A stretch of 63,573 nt of DNA, filler included, from an uncultured Methanosarcinales archaeon (GTDB lineage Archaea > Nanobdellota > Nanobdellia > Woesearchaeales > CAZKBD01): the NCBI GenBank assembly GCA_964550945.1. It is 5 parts of 5 records of this genome, joined end to end, with 100 filler letters (N's around TTAATTAATTAA, not from the genome) between each part and the next. Parts side by side here need not be neighbours in the genome. Positions count along the whole stretch, not along the records: positions 13,516 to 26,847 come from CAZKBD010000051.1; positions 26,948 to 40,155 come from CAZKBD010000052.1; 3 more parts are not named here. The stretch is one strand, 5' to 3'. Under the pieces are notes generated by a model, which worked only from the letters and a program-made list of their open reading frames with translations, had not been told where the DNA came from and did no database searches. The position numbers and the translations under genes were made by a program. Positions 20,391-29,682 of the stretch are shown one piece after another. How positions within the stretch are numbered: position 1 is the stretch's first letter; the number at the start of each line of letters is the position of its first letter.

Positions 20391-20810
20391 TTATTCTGAT
20401 CTGTATATTAATGACAACGCTTCTGACGGCGACAAAACCTTAACCTTTGTTTGTTCCTTAAGCCCCTTATCCCCTGAAAGTATGGGGCAATTAAGTTTTA
20501 ATGCCAAAGCTAAATATGGCGAGTCTTTAGAATTCAGTTCAATCGCTTCTGGAAGCTTATCTAAAAACTCAGAAGAAGGAATAATGCTTATTTCCCCTTT
20601 AATAAATGAAAGAACACTCGATAGATCTTCTTTTGTTAGTTTAGTTTCTGACAATAGCTTACCCTCCTTTTGGTCAAGTTCAGAAAATAGAAATTCAGGA
20701 GCAATAAATTCAAAAACCGCAAATACCTTATTAGATTCAAACACCTCAAAGGGTATGCCTCTTTTAACCAAGGCTGAAAACACAACATTCACATCAACGA
20801 CCAATAACAT
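20391..20810 (-). CDS. PIN-domain (VapC-like) toxin
   Basis: LVVDVNVVFSAL...KDSPYLALALKLNCPILSGDKGL. Confidence 0.9.
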   Translation of the reverse strand: MLLVVDVNVVFSALVKRGIPFEVFESNKVFAVFEFIAPEFLFSELDQKEGKLLSETKLTKEDLSSVLSFIKGEISIIPSSEFLDKLPEAIELNSKDSPYLALALKLNCPILSGDKGLKEQTKVKVLSPSEALSLIYRSE

Positions 20811-20813
20811 CTC

Positions 20814-21047
20814 CTATCTTCCTTTTAATAATCTTGTATATTTTTTAGCTAACGATAAATTTACGTCATCAGCTAGCTCCTTAGCCTGTTTTTCAGTCAA
20901 TTCAGATTTAGCTGCAATTCTTTTGATCTTTGCTAGCTCTTCAAACTCCTCTTTTAGTCTTTTCTCCACTGCTAGCTGCCAATTTATTCCAGATGCAGAT
21001 TCTAACTCTTTCAATTCCTCAGGTATTTCAACTTTTAGTTCAGTCAT
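20814..21047 (-). CDS. Antitoxin (VapB-like)
   Basis: LKVEIPEEL...INWQLAVE; immediately upstream of the PIN gene. Confidence 0.75.
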   Translation of the reverse strand: MTELKVEIPEELKELESASGINWQLAVEKRLKEEFEELAKIKRIAAKSELTEKQAKELADDVNLSLAKKYTRLLKGR

Positions 21048-21099
21048 GTTAACATCACTAAATACTAAAAGCACTGATTACTATTTAAAGCTTTTGGAA

Positions 21100-21345
21100 A
21101 CAAAAAAAGCAATGACCCCCCAGAAAACCCCCCAGAAAACTACCCAGAAAGTTCTTGATGCAATAAGGTTGAATCCTCATATATCGAGGGTTGAATTAGC
21201 CTCAATATCAGGCATAACCGAAGATGGCATAAAATATCAGTTGAATGCTCTCAAGAAAAAGGGCCTGATTAAACGAGTTGGCCCAGACAGAGGAGGGTAT
21301 TGGGAGATAGCAAAAAAACAGGCAAATCTCCCCATAACAAAATGA
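21100..21345 (+). pseudogene. 3' winged-helix remnant of the AlbA_2-type gene
   Basis: TPQKTPQKTTQKVLDAIRLNPHISRVELA...LKKKGLIKRVGPDRGGYWEI. Confidence 0.7.
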
Positions 21346-21399
21346 AAAAATTGATTTATTATCAGGAAGGCAGGCATTGCGAGTTAATGCTAAAATTAC

Positions 21400-21452
21400 A
21401 AAACCAAGCCCTAAAGCAAAGGCTAGACATTATTGAACAAAAGATAAGATGA
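21400..21452 (+). repeat. Orphan copy of the 3' end of the large fibre gene
   Basis: 21400-21427 matches 20141-20168 at 26/28 nt; NQALKQRLDIIEQKIR* versus NQALKQRLDKIEQELTR*. Confidence 0.85.
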
Positions 21453-22339
21453 TCCAGTCTAAAATGCAAAACACAGTTTTCAATTGCTTAGCAGTGTTTC
21501 TGGTTATCTTAGTTATAGCTACATTAGTGTCTATCAGGCAAAACGAGACAATAACTGGATATGCTGTATCCAACATATTCCTAGGAGTGCAGGACCAGTC
21601 AGCAACACTTGGCTTTGTTGCCAGGGAATCCCAGGACACATCCAATTCAGGCTACAAGATTGAAAACTTCGTGCTTATGCCATCAGGAGAATTTTCAGCA
21701 GGAGAGTACACTGTTACAATCCCCTACCTTGGAATGGATCTAACTGAGGAGATAGCTGCTGAACAAGATAGAACCTCATCAGGTGGTGGTGGCCAAGATT
21801 TAATAAGAGGAAGCTCATGTGAAGGATCTTGGCAGTGCGGTAATTGGGGAGAATGCCAGCCTTCTAGCCTGCAATATCGTGTTTGCATTGCTGTCAGCTG
21901 CGAATATACTGCTAATATAAACATGCCTCCAAAGCCTTCTGAAGTAAAAGGCTGCGAATATAAAAAGCCAGCAACTCCAGTCGCAGAACCGCCTGCTGTA
22001 GTGCAGCCACCAGTTCCAGAAAAGTTTGAGTTTTACGTTATACCTAAGGTTGAAAAAAAATACACGCCAGGAGAAGATGTCATATTGCATACCTATATTA
22101 ACAACCCGGGCAATAAGCTTGATAAATTAGAGATAGAATATAACATAGATGATGGCACTGAAAGGACAATGTATGTCGAATATGAGGGTGTTTTTGATGT
22201 CCAATCCAAAGGCAAGTTCAGCAAAGACATCCCTCATTCATTAGATGGTTACCAAAATAAAAAATATAGGATTCATGCAACTTTATACAAAAATGGAGAA
22301 AAGGTTGCTGAAAGCTATCATGATCTTGATTTAAGTTAA
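21449..22339 (+). CDS. Membrane-anchored surface protein
   Basis: N-terminal TM + ITGYAV; Cys motif CEGSWQCGNWGEC; Pro-rich linker; Ig-like tail. Confidence 0.7.
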   Translation: MIQSKMQNTVFNCLAVFLVILVIATLVSIRQNETITGYAVSNIFLGVQDQSATLGFVARESQDTSNSGYKIENFVLMPSGEFSAGEYTVTIPYLGMDLTEEIAAEQDRTSSGGGGQDLIRGSSCEGSWQCGNWGECQPSSLQYRVCIAVSCEYTANINMPPKPSEVKGCEYKKPATPVAEPPAVVQPPVPEKFEFYVIPKVEKKYTPGEDVILHTYINNPGNKLDKLEIEYNIDDGTERTMYVEYEGVFDVQSKGKFSKDIPHSLDGYQNKKYRIHATLYKNGEKVAESYHDLDLS

Positions 22340-22363
22340 GAAAATAAAAAAGAGGCGATAAAA

Positions 22364-22921
22364 ATGATAGTATTTGGGCAGAACATTCCGTTAGTGGAGG
22401 CGTTATTCATTTCTTTAGTTATCATCATTTGTATATTGATAACAAATGTAGTATATATGATACTGATGATGTCAGACCTTAAGAAGCTAAAAGCAAGCCT
22501 AGTAACTGAAAGGGCAAACATTTACAAGCTTGAAGGTGACATAAGCAATTTTGAAGGCGATAAATACAAGACAGAAGCATCCCAAAAAACAGCGATCGGC
22601 ACTTATATCCATACTGCATTTGACAAAGGTTATGACAGGAACGAGATTAAGTCTGTCCTGATAAAAAAAGGATGGCCAAAACAGACAGTAGAAGCAGAGC
22701 TGGGCAATTCTGTTAAGCATCTGAAAAAGTTCTATGAAAACAGCGAAGACAAAGAATCTGATCAAGGCGCTATAAGGGGCTACATCCACAAGGCATTTGA
22801 CAATGGGCTTGACAAAAACGAAATCCGGCAGGCGCTAGTGCAAAATGGGTGGCCAAAGCAGAATGTAGGAACAGAATTAGATAATGCTGTCAATCACTTA
22901 AGAAAAGTATACTCAAAATAA
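22364..22921 (+). CDS. Membrane protein with two internal repeats
   Basis: YIH(T/K)AFD(K/N)G...EI...L...GWPKQ occurs twice. Confidence 0.75.
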   Translation: MIVFGQNIPLVEALFISLVIIICILITNVVYMILMMSDLKKLKASLVTERANIYKLEGDISNFEGDKYKTEASQKTAIGTYIHTAFDKGYDRNEIKSVLIKKGWPKQTVEAELGNSVKHLKKFYENSEDKESDQGAIRGYIHKAFDNGLDKNEIRQALVQNGWPKQNVGTELDNAVNHLRKVYSK

Positions 22922-22931
22922 AGGCTGTAAA

Positions 22932-25127
22932 ATGCGATTTTACTCTGGCTACCATCCGATGGTTGATTATGTTAGTGCCATGGATCCGGAATTCTATGGA
23001 AAAGATGCATCAGAAGATCTTAGGCCTGTTGGAATAGGCATCAAAGATATTGGAATGTCTGTGCCAATGGGAATCTCTGCTCAAAATGTCTCTGGGATTT
23101 ATGCAAAAATAAGGTCAGGAGCAGGCAATATCGAGATTGGCTTTCCAGGCGCTGTGCGAGGGCAAAGGCAGGCGCAAACGCCAGAGATGTATGGAGAAGA
23201 GCAAAGGCAGGCGATAAGAGAATTAGGAGCTATTAATGAAGTGAAATTCACGACACACGCAAGCTATGGGATTATGGGCCTAAGCGGATTTACTGGAGAT
23301 AATCCTTATAATGTATGGTTCCAAAGAGAGATGAGGAAGCAGGCTGTTGATGAAATCAAAAGAGCAATAGAGTTTGCAAGAGATACTGCAGGAGGGGGCT
23401 CTGTTGTTGTGCATACTGGTGAGGTTGATCGTCCAATATCAGAGCAGCCATGGGCGCAGGAAGGCAAACTATTTAGGCATTTTGAAGAAGAGCCAGGCGT
23501 TGCTAGGATGAGGGTAGTAGATGAAAGGTCTGGCCAGGTAATGCAGCAGGTTAGAAAAAATGTAAGGATCGCAAGGCCAAGATGGTTAACCGCAGGGTAT
23601 TATAAAAAGTACATAAATTCATTAACCGGAACAGACATAAACGAAAAACATATTGAGTTAAGCAATGTCCATGATGATGATTATGTTGACTATATGGGAA
23701 GAGTGATCCCAAAAGAGTCATGGTTCAGCCCAGAAAAAGGAAGGGTTCCAGTATACAATGACAAAACAGGAAGGTTTGAGAATGAATTATATGATTGGAA
23801 CAGAATCCTTCAGGAAACCCAAAGAAGAAATGAATGGCTTGCGTGGAGGAAAAAGGTTAAAGTTGGGGAATTAGACCCATCTGAAAAGTATACGCCAGAC
23901 GAAGTTTATCTGAGATCAACATTAGAAACAAATGAAGGGCATTCAAGAGGATGGGCATTGCAGTATGGGCACCAGACAGATAGTGAATTAGAGCAAATAA
24001 AAAAATTAAGAAAAGCTGTTGATTTTTATAAGAAAATAGAAGAGTCTACTCCTAAAGACGAACTTTGGAAACTAATGAAAAGAGACCCCATATTTGGCAG
24101 CGCTGTCGGCGAACTTATCCCGCCTGATGTGAAAAAACCCACTGAAATCCTGAAAGAGAATCTAAAGAGGACTGAAAGGGCGCTTGAATTCGCGCGCCAA
24201 GCATCTGCATCCCAGGAATTACAGGCAGAAGACAGCCATGAAACGCAAGAGCATTTAGTAAATGCGGATAAATATGCAATTAGAGAAGCGATCAAAAGCT
24301 ATGCAGAAGCTGGAATTCATGCAATGGACTGCACTATTAATAAGAACAATCCAGTTATGATTACAATGGAAAATATATTCCCAGAGAGATATGGGGGCCA
24401 TCCGCAGGAGCTAAAAACATTAATAGAAAAATCAAGAGAAGAGATGGTCGCAAGATTATCTCATAATATGATTAAAGACCCAGCTGGAAGAAGATGGGGT
24501 TGGGAAGAAGAAAGAAAAGGCCTATGCACAAGAGACCAGGTTGGGCAGATGAAACTGATACAAAACCCTTATTATAGGGGAATGCCTGAAGAAGACGCAA
24601 GAAAAAGAGCAGAAACCCACATTAAAGCTACATTAGATACAGGCCATCTTAATATTTGGCGCAAATACTGGCAGAATGACCCCAGCAAAACCTTGCAGGA
24701 AAATGATGCTGCATTCAAAAATTGGTTGCTTGAGCAGGTAGATGACTTAGCAAAAAACAAGATGATTGGAAATGTTCATTTGACAGACAATTTCGGCTAC
24801 CAGGATGACCATCTAGCGCCTGGCCAGGGAACAACTCCTGTAAATGAAATAGTAAAAGTATTGAAAAAACATGGTTATGACAAAGCTTTTACAGTAGAGC
24901 CTGGAGCAGATGCTTCAACAGATGTCTCTGATTTCCATGGATTGATGAAAGCATGGCGTTATTTTGGTTCTCCAATCTATGGTGTTGGAGCGAGAGCTGG
25001 CGCTCCTCAAACATGGACTGAGGTTCAGTATTCCTACTTTGGACAAAACAAGCCCCCTTATTTCGTCTTTGGAGCTTATTCTCCATCTAATGAATGGACA
25101 TTATGGTCAACAGTGCCGATGGAATGA
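22932..25127 (+). CDS. AP-endonuclease-2/xylose-isomerase-like TIM-barrel protein with large insertion
   Basis: FTTHAS, VVVHTGE, ITMEN, ATLDTGH, NVHLTDNFGYQDDHLAPGQG. Confidence 0.8.
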   Translation: MRFYSGYHPMVDYVSAMDPEFYGKDASEDLRPVGIGIKDIGMSVPMGISAQNVSGIYAKIRSGAGNIEIGFPGAVRGQRQAQTPEMYGEEQRQAIRELGAINEVKFTTHASYGIMGLSGFTGDNPYNVWFQREMRKQAVDEIKRAIEFARDTAGGGSVVVHTGEVDRPISEQPWAQEGKLFRHFEEEPGVARMRVVDERSGQVMQQVRKNVRIARPRWLTAGYYKKYINSLTGTDINEKHIELSNVHDDDYVDYMGRVIPKESWFSPEKGRVPVYNDKTGRFENELYDWNRILQETQRRNEWLAWRKKVKVGELDPSEKYTPDEVYLRSTLETNEGHSRGWALQYGHQTDSELEQIKKLRKAVDFYKKIEESTPKDELWKLMKRDPIFGSAVGELIPPDVKKPTEILKENLKRTERALEFARQASASQELQAEDSHETQEHLVNADKYAIREAIKSYAEAGIHAMDCTINKNNPVMITMENIFPERYGGHPQELKTLIEKSREEMVARLSHNMIKDPAGRRWGWEEERKGLCTRDQVGQMKLIQNPYYRGMPEEDARKRAETHIKATLDTGHLNIWRKYWQNDPSKTLQENDAAFKNWLLEQVDDLAKNKMIGNVHLTDNFGYQDDHLAPGQGTTPVNEIVKVLKKHGYDKAFTVEPGADASTDVSDFHGLMKAWRYFGSPIYGVGARAGAPQTWTEVQYSYFGQNKPPYFVFGAYSPSNEWTLWSTVPME

Positions 25128-25220
25128 CACCCTAATAGTACGGCTTCCTGTTTTTATCATATCAAAAACCGCAATACTGCGGGTAAAATTAATTATTAAA
25201 CATATACCTATCTTAATAAA

Positions 25221-25589
25221 ATGATGCAAATTGACTTCAAAAAATTAAATGGGCTGGTTCCAGCTATTGCGCAAGACTACAAAACAGATGAAGTGCTGAT
25301 GCTGGCATTCATGAACAAAGACGCATTAGACAAAACCATAAAAACAAAAAAAGCATGGTATTACAGCAGGTCAAGAAACATGCTTTGGATGAAAGGCGAA
25401 CAATCTAAAAACATACAGGAAGTAAAAGAGATACTAGTTGATTGCGATAATGACACCATATTATTAAAAATAAAGCAGGTTGGAGATGCAGCTTGCCATA
25501 CTGGCTACAAAACATGCTTTTACCGAAATATCACCGGCAAAATCAAAAGCAAAAAAATTTTCAATCCAGAGGAGGTTTACAAAAAATGA
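25221..25589 (+). CDS. hisI: Phosphoribosyl-AMP cyclohydrolase
   Basis: [28 protein letters not shown]. Confidence 0.96.
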   Translation: MMQIDFKKLNGLVPAIAQDYKTDEVLMLAFMNKDALDKTIKTKKAWYYSRSRNMLWMKGEQSKNIQEVKEILVDCDNDTILLKIKQVGDAACHTGYKTCFYRNITGKIKSKKIFNPEEVYKK

Positions 25590-26455
25590 AGTTAAAATTA
25601 GGGCTGCCAAAAGGAAGCTTGCAGGAAAATACATTCAGGATATTCGCTAAAGCGGGATTTAACATATCTGCAGATGGAAGAAGCTATTTTCCGAGAATTG
25701 ATGACGATGAGGTTGAATGCATGCTGATTAGGGCTCAGGAGATGTCCCGCTATGTCGAAGATGGCGTTTTAGACTGTGGTATCACAGGAAAAGACTGGAT
25801 AATGGAAAACAGCTCAGATGTTATTGAAGTTAGCGATTTAATTTATTCAAAACAAGGCTTTGGAAAAGTGAAATGGGTTTTAGCTGTTCCAAACGACAGC
25901 AGGATCAAATCAGTCAAGGATTTACAAAACAAAAGAATTGCGACAGAAGCTGTCAATCTAACAAGCAGCTATCTGAAAAAAAACAATGTCAAAGCTGATG
26001 TTGAGTTTTCATGGGGCGCGACAGAAGTAAAGCCTCCAAGATTAGCAGATGCGATAGTAGAGATTACAGAAACAGGATCTTCGCTAAGGGCAAACAATCT
26101 GAAAATCATTGAGACAATATTAGAATCCACCACTAAGCTTATTGCCAACAAGCAATCATGGAATAATCCATCAAAAAGAAAGAAGATTGAGCAGATAAAC
26201 ATGCTGCTTCAAGGCGCGATAAACGCTGCAAGCAAGGTTGGCTTGAAGATGAATGTAAAAAAAGACAATGTGAGCAAGATCCTTAACATATTGCCTGCAT
26301 TGCAAAAGCCGACAATTGCAGAGCTCAGCGACAAAAACTGGGTGGATGTTGACACAATAATTGATGAAAAGATAGTAAGAGACATAATCCCTAGATTAAA
26401 AGATGCAGGAGCCCAGGGGATTGTTGAGTATCCGCTAAATAAGATTATTTTATAG
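25586..26455 (+). CDS. hisG: ATP phosphoribosyltransferase (long form)
   Basis: [41 protein letters not shown]; start reassigned to ATG 25586. Confidence 0.96.
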   Translation: MKLKLGLPKGSLQENTFRIFAKAGFNISADGRSYFPRIDDDEVECMLIRAQEMSRYVEDGVLDCGITGKDWIMENSSDVIEVSDLIYSKQGFGKVKWVLAVPNDSRIKSVKDLQNKRIATEAVNLTSSYLKKNNVKADVEFSWGATEVKPPRLADAIVEITETGSSLRANNLKIIETILESTTKLIANKQSWNNPSKRKKIEQINMLLQGAINAASKVGLKMNVKKDNVSKILNILPALQKPTIAELSDKNWVDVDTIIDEKIVRDIIPRLKDAGAQGIVEYPLNKIIL

Positions 26456-26465
26456 AGAATCAAGA

Positions 26466-26771
26466 GTGGCTTTCAGTAGTTAATAATAAAATGATATTAC
26501 AACCAATAAAAATTAAAGTCAAAAGATAAAAGTTCAATTTTAAGATACTAACAGTCATCCGTAATTTTAAAATCAATGGTGATTATTAACCATCAAAAAT
26601 CGAAGATTTTTGAGTGTGCTCAGAAATCTTTGATTTCCGACACATTGCAGTGAAAATCAACGGTTAAAAACCTATTTTGAATATAAAAATTGAAGAATAA
26701 CTTTAAATTGATAGTTATAAAAAATAAATAATGATTAACCAACTACTATCGCAGGTAAACAACACTTTGTA
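26466..26771 (+). repeat. Dispersed AT-rich non-coding element, copy A
   Basis: Aligns by eye with the reverse complements of 28697-28895 and 40777-41038. Confidence 0.8.
26591..26642 (+). mobile_element. 52-bp double-hairpin insertion
   Basis: CATCAAAAATC-GAA-GATTTTTGA-GTGTGCT-CAGAAATC-TTT-GATTTCCGACA; absent at the equivalent position of copy C. Confidence 0.75.
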
Positions 26772-26847
26772 TGACAACCAAAAAGCAAGAAAATGATCAA
26801 GATAATTAAATCAGAAGACAAAAAAGAACTGGAAAGGATAAAAAAAA

Positions 26848-26947
26848 NNNNNNNNNNNNNNNNNNNNNNNNNNNNNNNNNNNNNNNNNNNNTTAATTAAT
26901 TAANNNNNNNNNNNNNNNNNNNNNNNNNNNNNNNNNNNNNNNNNNNN
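26848..26947. other. Artificial contig linker
   Basis: N-run + TTAATTAATTAA + N-run. Confidence 0.98.
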
Positions 26948-27415
26948 TAAACCACTGGTCGCTAAACTGGTAGTCAAAGGTATCTAATTTGCAGGTTCTC
27001 ATTGTCAGCTCTTTTATCTGCTTATGAAAAAGATCCTGTATTGTTTCATGGCTCAAATCGATTTTAATCACCTCATTTTTTAAAAAATAGGCAGAGCAGG
27101 GGGTTTCAAAGAATTTGCCCTGCCTAATTCAGTTATTAGCATTAATGCCCATCTGCCTCATAAACTCGACTTTGTTGATGAGCTCCGGATAAATGCTGGT
27201 TTCAATTTCCTCTTTTTTATTTTCTTTTTTCATTGTAAAACATATTAAGAATTTCCAGTTTAAATACCCTACGCGCAAGAATGTCCAGTGTCCAATGACA
27301 GTGTAAAAAAGCCTAAAACCCAAGAATTTTCAGCTTACAAGCCTTGCAGCCATTGGACATTTTAGGCTGTCCAGTGACCAAAAGATATTAAAATATCTCT
27401 ACTTTCTTTAGCTTA

Positions 27416-27688
27416 ATGAAATGCATCCATCTGATAATCTCAGGCCGTGTCCAGGGAGTTTTCTTTAGGCATCACACAAATATAGAAGCTAATAAACTAG
27501 GCCTGAAAGGCTTTGTTAGAAACACGCCTAATGGAGATGTTGAAGTAATCGCAGAAGGCCCTGAAGATAAACTAAATCAACTTATAGCATTCTGCAAAAA
27601 AGGCCCAGATTCAGCTGAAGTAACTGATGTTAAGATAGAATACCAAGAGCCAAAGAACGAGTTTAATTCTTTTAGTGTTAGGTATTGA
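27416..27688 (+). CDS. acyP: Acylphosphatase
   Basis: ISGRVQGVFFR, GFVRN..NGDVE. Confidence 0.95.
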   Translation: MKCIHLIISGRVQGVFFRHHTNIEANKLGLKGFVRNTPNGDVEVIAEGPEDKLNQLIAFCKKGPDSAEVTDVKIEYQEPKNEFNSFSVRY

Positions 27689-27839
27689 TAATATTGGCAA
27701 TGCCTGCTAGCCGAACCGACCTCTACAAAGTAAGGGGAAAGAGGTATGACGGAACCGCCAAATGTTAGAAGCACAAATAACACAAAGAGCCCATCTTCGT
27801 AGAAGCTTTTAAATATTAGATATTCATATTAAAATAGTA

Positions 27840-28649
27840 ATGGTAAACATAGGAGTAGTAGCTCAAAATTTTGAAATTTTTAAAGGAGATGGATTAGATA
27901 AATTTGCAAGAACAGGAGAAATTAGTGCAAACCATATTCTGAAGGCAGGTTCACAAGGAGTAATACTTGGTCATTCTGAAGTAGGAGATAATACAGAAAC
28001 AATACATAAGAAACTAAAATCTATTATAGATGGAAAAATTTCTCTAAAAAAAATAGTGATTTTGATTGGTGAAAGCTGGGATGAATTTGAGAACAACAAA
28101 CCAGAGGAAGTATCATTATTGATGAAAGAAAAATGTGAGATTATTTTTAATGGTATTCCTAATGATTTTATAAAGAAAATTATAGTCGGATATGAGCCAA
28201 AGTGGGGTTCAAGAGGAAGTGGAAGAGATGATATGCCTCCTCCTCAACCAGGATTAATATCTGCCTGTATCTCTGAAATGAGAAATTTTTTAAATCAAAA
28301 ATATGGGAATGATACTCAATGTTTCTTTATATATGGTGGAAGATCAACTCCAGAAAGAACTAAACAAATTCTTGCAGACAAGAATATTGACGGTTTAATT
28401 TTGGGTTCTGCATGTAATACAATTAAAAAGACCCTAGATGTTGCACATACAATGAATGAAGTTAGTACAGCTAGAAAAAAAGTGTTAGTATGTAATTTCA
28501 AGGCATATGAATTGTCTGACCCTTATGAGGGCTATGTAGACGAATTAAGTAAATTATCTGAGGAGTTTATTGTTCTTTTATCTCCACCATACACGGACAT
28601 TCAAATTGTAAGAAATATCCTTGAAGAAAAAGGGCTCTTTCTAAAATAA
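27840..28649 (+). CDS. tpiA: Triosephosphate isomerase homolog, circularly permuted
   Basis: AQN, TGEIS, ILGHSE, IGE, YEPKW, YGG, DGLILG in order, then NFK and SPPY at the C-terminus. Confidence 0.85.
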   Translation: MVNIGVVAQNFEIFKGDGLDKFARTGEISANHILKAGSQGVILGHSEVGDNTETIHKKLKSIIDGKISLKKIVILIGESWDEFENNKPEEVSLLMKEKCEIIFNGIPNDFIKKIIVGYEPKWGSRGSGRDDMPPPQPGLISACISEMRNFLNQKYGNDTQCFFIYGGRSTPERTKQILADKNIDGLILGSACNTIKKTLDVAHTMNEVSTARKKVLVCNFKAYELSDPYEGYVDELSKLSEEFIVLLSPPYTDIQIVRNILEEKGLFLK

Positions 28650-28696
28650 TTATGTAATGGTTTGGCAGCGAGTAATATTTTGGCTAACTATTAATC

Positions 28697-28895
28697 TACG
28701 AAGTATTGTTCGCTTTGGAGAGCAGCTGGTAATAATTAATTATTTTTATTATTAATTTGTATTTTTTAATGGTTAATAATCTGCCATTGATTTTAAAATT
28801 ATGGAAGATAGCCTTTATTTTAAAATTAAATCTTATTTTTTGACTTTATACTTATGTTGTCAATATTATTTTTATTATTATTAAACTAAAACCAC
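28697..28895 (-). repeat. Dispersed AT-rich non-coding element, copy B (internally shortened)
   Basis: Reverse complement contains AAAGTCAAAAAATAA and TAATTTTAAAATCAATGGCAGATTATTAACCAT, matching copy A. Confidence 0.7.
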
Positions 28896-29076
28896 ACCTA
28901 ACACTATATCAATCTCTTTGTGTTAAAGTGCAAAAGAATCATTTTAAGCTCATTTTAAGTCAAAGCGGAAGTTACCAAAGGAAAATTTTGGAATACGCAA
29001 AACAGTGTTTAATTTCTTATTAGGTCCTACCCAAACATCTACATTTAAATAGGCGTTACACTTTATTTGTATTGCA

Positions 29077-29397
29077 ATGGTTTATGAAATAAAAGAAACT
29101 AAAAAGTTCAGCAAGTTGTTTAAAAAATTACCTCGTGAAGTTCAAGCAGTTTTTGTTAAAAAGCTGGAAGAGGTGAGGATAAGGCCTTTGGAAATCGGGG
29201 ATAAGATAAAAGTGTATGATTGGTTTAGAGAATTAAAATATCAAGATTATCGGCTCTATTACTTAGTTTATGAAAAAAAAGTTATTGTTTTATTGGTTAG
29301 CATCTCTGATAAGAAAAACCAGCAGGAAATAATTGATTCAATATTGGAAAACATAAAAACCCTTAAAGAAGATATCGACTCAATTTGCAAAAAATAA
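29077..29397 (+). CDS. RelE/ParE-family toxin
   Basis: YEIKETKKFSKLFKKL...FRELKYQDYRLYYLV. Confidence 0.82.
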   Translation: MVYEIKETKKFSKLFKKLPREVQAVFVKKLEEVRIRPLEIGDKIKVYDWFRELKYQDYRLYYLVYEKKVIVLLVSISDKKNQQEIIDSILENIKTLKEDIDSICKK

Positions 29398-29441
29398 TCC
29401 AAAAAGTTTATATATTCAATAGGTATTATTAATATCATAAC

Positions 29442-29667
29442 ATGGAAAAAGAAATAAAAGAGCTTTTGGATGAAAGGCAAAAATTAATGGACAAAGTTTG
29501 CTTTGAACTGATAGACATAGATAGACGTATGAAACATGAAACATGCAGATTTTAAGAAAGAATTGAAAGAAAACAACAGATTTCTAAAAGATTTAGTTGA
29601 AAGTCTAGAAGACATAAAGAAAGGCAGAATACAGGATTTTAAGTTTCCGAAAGCTTGTAAGCAATAA
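29442..29667 (+). pseudogene. Putative antitoxin frameshifted by a 7-bp tandem duplication
   Basis: ATGAAAC-ATGAAAC at 29529-29542; removing one unit gives a 72-aa ORF ending ESLEDIKKGRIQDFKFPKACKQ. Confidence 0.65.
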
Positions 29668-29682
29668 CCCTCAGTTTAATTA

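Noticed and set aside
20230..21345. A genuine 371-aa protein
   Set aside because: The middle is the Ser/Leu-rich antisense of a clear VapBC pair; only the ends resemble a real gene
26793..26847. Possible start of hisD (MIKIIKSEDKKELERIKK)
   Set aside because: Too short before the contig end to identify
28650..29070. Replication origin near cdc6
   Set aside because: No ORB-like repeats recognised; the AT-rich tract is a copy of a dispersed repeat
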